A stretch of 64,000 nucleotides of DNA from an uncultured Helicobacter sp. GTDB taxonomy: Bacteria; Campylobacterota; Campylobacteria; Campylobacterales; UBA6016. Numbering within the stretch: the stretch's first letter is position 1; each line of letters begins with the position of its first letter. The stretch is from assembly GCA_964568395.1 (NCBI GenBank), contig CAZMPN010000009.1, positions 7,075-71,074 of the forward strand. Direction: 5' to 3'. Position numbers and translations under genes: made by a program. Below the pieces are notes generated by a model that was given only the letters and a program-made list of their open reading frames with translations, did not search any database and was not told the DNA's origin. Of the stretch, positions 62,915 through 64,000 are shown piece by piece.

Positions 62915-63998
62915 TCGTCTCTCCTTTTACCCAGCCGATCTTTCCGTCCTGGAGTTTTATTTTTACATAGCCTTCGCTTGTCTTTAGCTTTTCTACCGGC
63001 ATATCCGACGTAGCCTGGAAGAAAGCCGTCGAGTTTTCGGTAGGCAGCAGGTATACGATCGTGTCTTTTTTGATTTTAACCTGCTCGTTGGGTATGAATA
63101 AGAATACGACCCCGGCGATTATGGTGGCTACGATGAGTATTAAAAATATTTTTTCGCGCTTAAAATAGTATATGCCGTATAGAATAGAGGCTATGACGGC
63201 CACCGTCAAAAATACATAGAGCGCCTTATCGGAGCTTTTTGGCTGCAGATCGGTCTGAGTGCTGACCTTGTCTTCTATCTTTGAGAGATCCAGCGTTACC
63301 GATACCGTCTGCATGGAACTTTTCTCTTTGTCGAAATATTCGAATTCCAGATTTTTTTGGTTTGCCGGAATAATCAGGTAGTAAAACATCTTGCCGTTCT
63401 CAAGACCGTTTTTTAAAGAGTTTACGCCTTGCATTCCTATGTTTTGGAGTTTGAAGTCTTCCAGGTTTGCGTATTTGGCGGAGATGTCAAGCGCCAAAAT
63501 ATTGTTTTGCGCGTCATATCCGTCTATCTTGTAGTTGCTTACCGATAGGGACGAGGCTATTACCCCGCAAAATTTTTGCGTAGGAACCACCGACGATGCG
63601 TTTATCGTCTGGCCCTGCATGGATACGCTCTCTTTGTCGGCCCCGTTGATCGAGTATACCGTCTGAATATCCGGGAGTCTGACGGCCTGATCCAAAACTT
63701 TAAAATACAAAGAGAGGGTGAACGAGCCGTCCGAGTCCAGATTCCATTTGTAGTTCGAGTTTAACAGTTTTATGCCGCTTTGATTCGCCAGAGCCGTCTT
63801 TAAAAGACCTAGTTCGTTTGAAGCGACTAGCGCCTTTAGTCTTATTTCAAAAATCTCGTTTTTGAATAGCGCTGACGGAGTCTTGTCGTAGGATACGAAC
63901 AGCGCTTGATCCGATGATTGTTTTTTGGAGCTGTCGTTCATATCTGCGGCTATCAAAACCGAGCTAAAGGCAAAAAATAAAAAAACAAGTATTCGCAA
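62901..63998 (-). CDS. Membrane protein with large periplasmic domain, two TM helices and a C-terminal SH3-like domain (BatD-like, tentative); start is close to the window edge
   Basis: 365 aa from TTG 63998 with a signal peptide. C-terminal GYVKIKLQDGKIGWVKGETIV is bacterial SH3-like. The real start could lie beyond the window. Confidence 0.6.
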   Translation of the reverse strand: MRILVFLFFAFSSVLIAADMNDSSKKQSSDQALFVSYDKTPSALFKNEIFEIRLKALVASNELGLLKTALANQSGIKLLNSNYKWNLDSDGSFTLSLYFKVLDQAVRLPDIQTVYSINGADKESVSMQGQTINASSVVPTQKFCGVIASSLSVSNYKIDGYDAQNNILALDISAKYANLEDFKLQNIGMQGVNSLKNGLENGKMFYYLIIPANQKNLEFEYFDKEKSSMQTVSVTLDLSKIEDKVSTQTDLQPKSSDKALYVFLTVAVIASILYGIYYFKREKIFLILIVATIIAGVVFLFIPNEQVKIKKDTIVYLLPTENSTAFFQATSDMPVEKLKTSEGYVKIKLQDGKIGWVKGETIVGN

Positions 63999-64000
63999 CG

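Noticed and set aside
1-64000. Scan for CRISPR arrays, rRNA/tRNA genes, IS elements and long direct repeats
   Set aside because: I found none by eye. Every intergenic region is under about 210 bp and shows no periodic repeat-spacer structure. A tRNAscan / Infernal / repeat-finder run would be needed to exclude small elements formally.

Overview
This is a 64-kb stretch of a compact bacterial chromosome. It is best explained as Campylobacterota (Campylobacter-like, non-jejuni). That placement is an inference from gene content only: split pyruvate carboxylase pycB, a type-E SdhAB plus CCG-subunit complex, cytochrome c553, tatB-tatC-queA, several histidine kinases with an HQW(R/K)QPLN H-box, and many TTG starts. 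About 60 protein genes sit on both strands with almost no intergenic space. I recognised no rRNA, tRNA, CRISPR array, IS element, integrase or prophage. Gene blocks, left to right:
- MacA-like adaptor (partial, missing from the ORF track) and TolC.
- A heme-c/GAF/HD-GYP c-di-GMP protein.
- A TonB-dependent receptor, a membrane polyferredoxin and a DUF255 thioredoxin-like protein.
- Two tandem orphan histidine kinases.
- pycB.
- An SCO-like protein translationally coupled to a 6-TM chemoreceptor.
- ybgC and a third orphan kinase.
- A roughly 12-kb cobamide uptake and nucleotide-loop locus: btuCDF, cobC/S/U, cbiB, cobQ, cobD, a Cys-rich-domain::archaeal-type CobT fusion, DUF4430, an antisense-embedded kinase, and btuB with a structured leader.
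- A family-4 UDG.
- A small AT-rich two-gene islet (ORF6N plus an unknown gene).
- aat-clpA-clpS.
- sdhA/B plus the CCG subunit.
- thiL, yciH, acnB and a secreted ankyrin protein.
- Hemerythrin, DUF2249 and a 12-TM protein.
- lolA, then secA-lolC, a cation antiporter and ridA.
- A 2TM-RCK K+ channel with a 4-TM partner.
- ruvX and queA-tatC-tatB.
- Cytochrome c553, proA, an orphan ABC ATPase, plsC and an SH3-tailed membrane protein.

I found no canonical defence island. My best candidates for undescribed biology, in order:
1. The SCO-like protein coupled to a His-rich 6-TM chemoreceptor.
2. The TonB receptor / polyferredoxin / DUF255 triad, which has no ABC importer.
3. Several unusual features of the cobamide locus: the Cys-rich::CobT fusion, a candidate non-PduX linker kinase, the head-to-head and antisense architecture, and the leader RNA.
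4. The ORF6N islet.

All functional calls come from my own reading of the translated ORFs (motif and family recollection). None comes from a database search.
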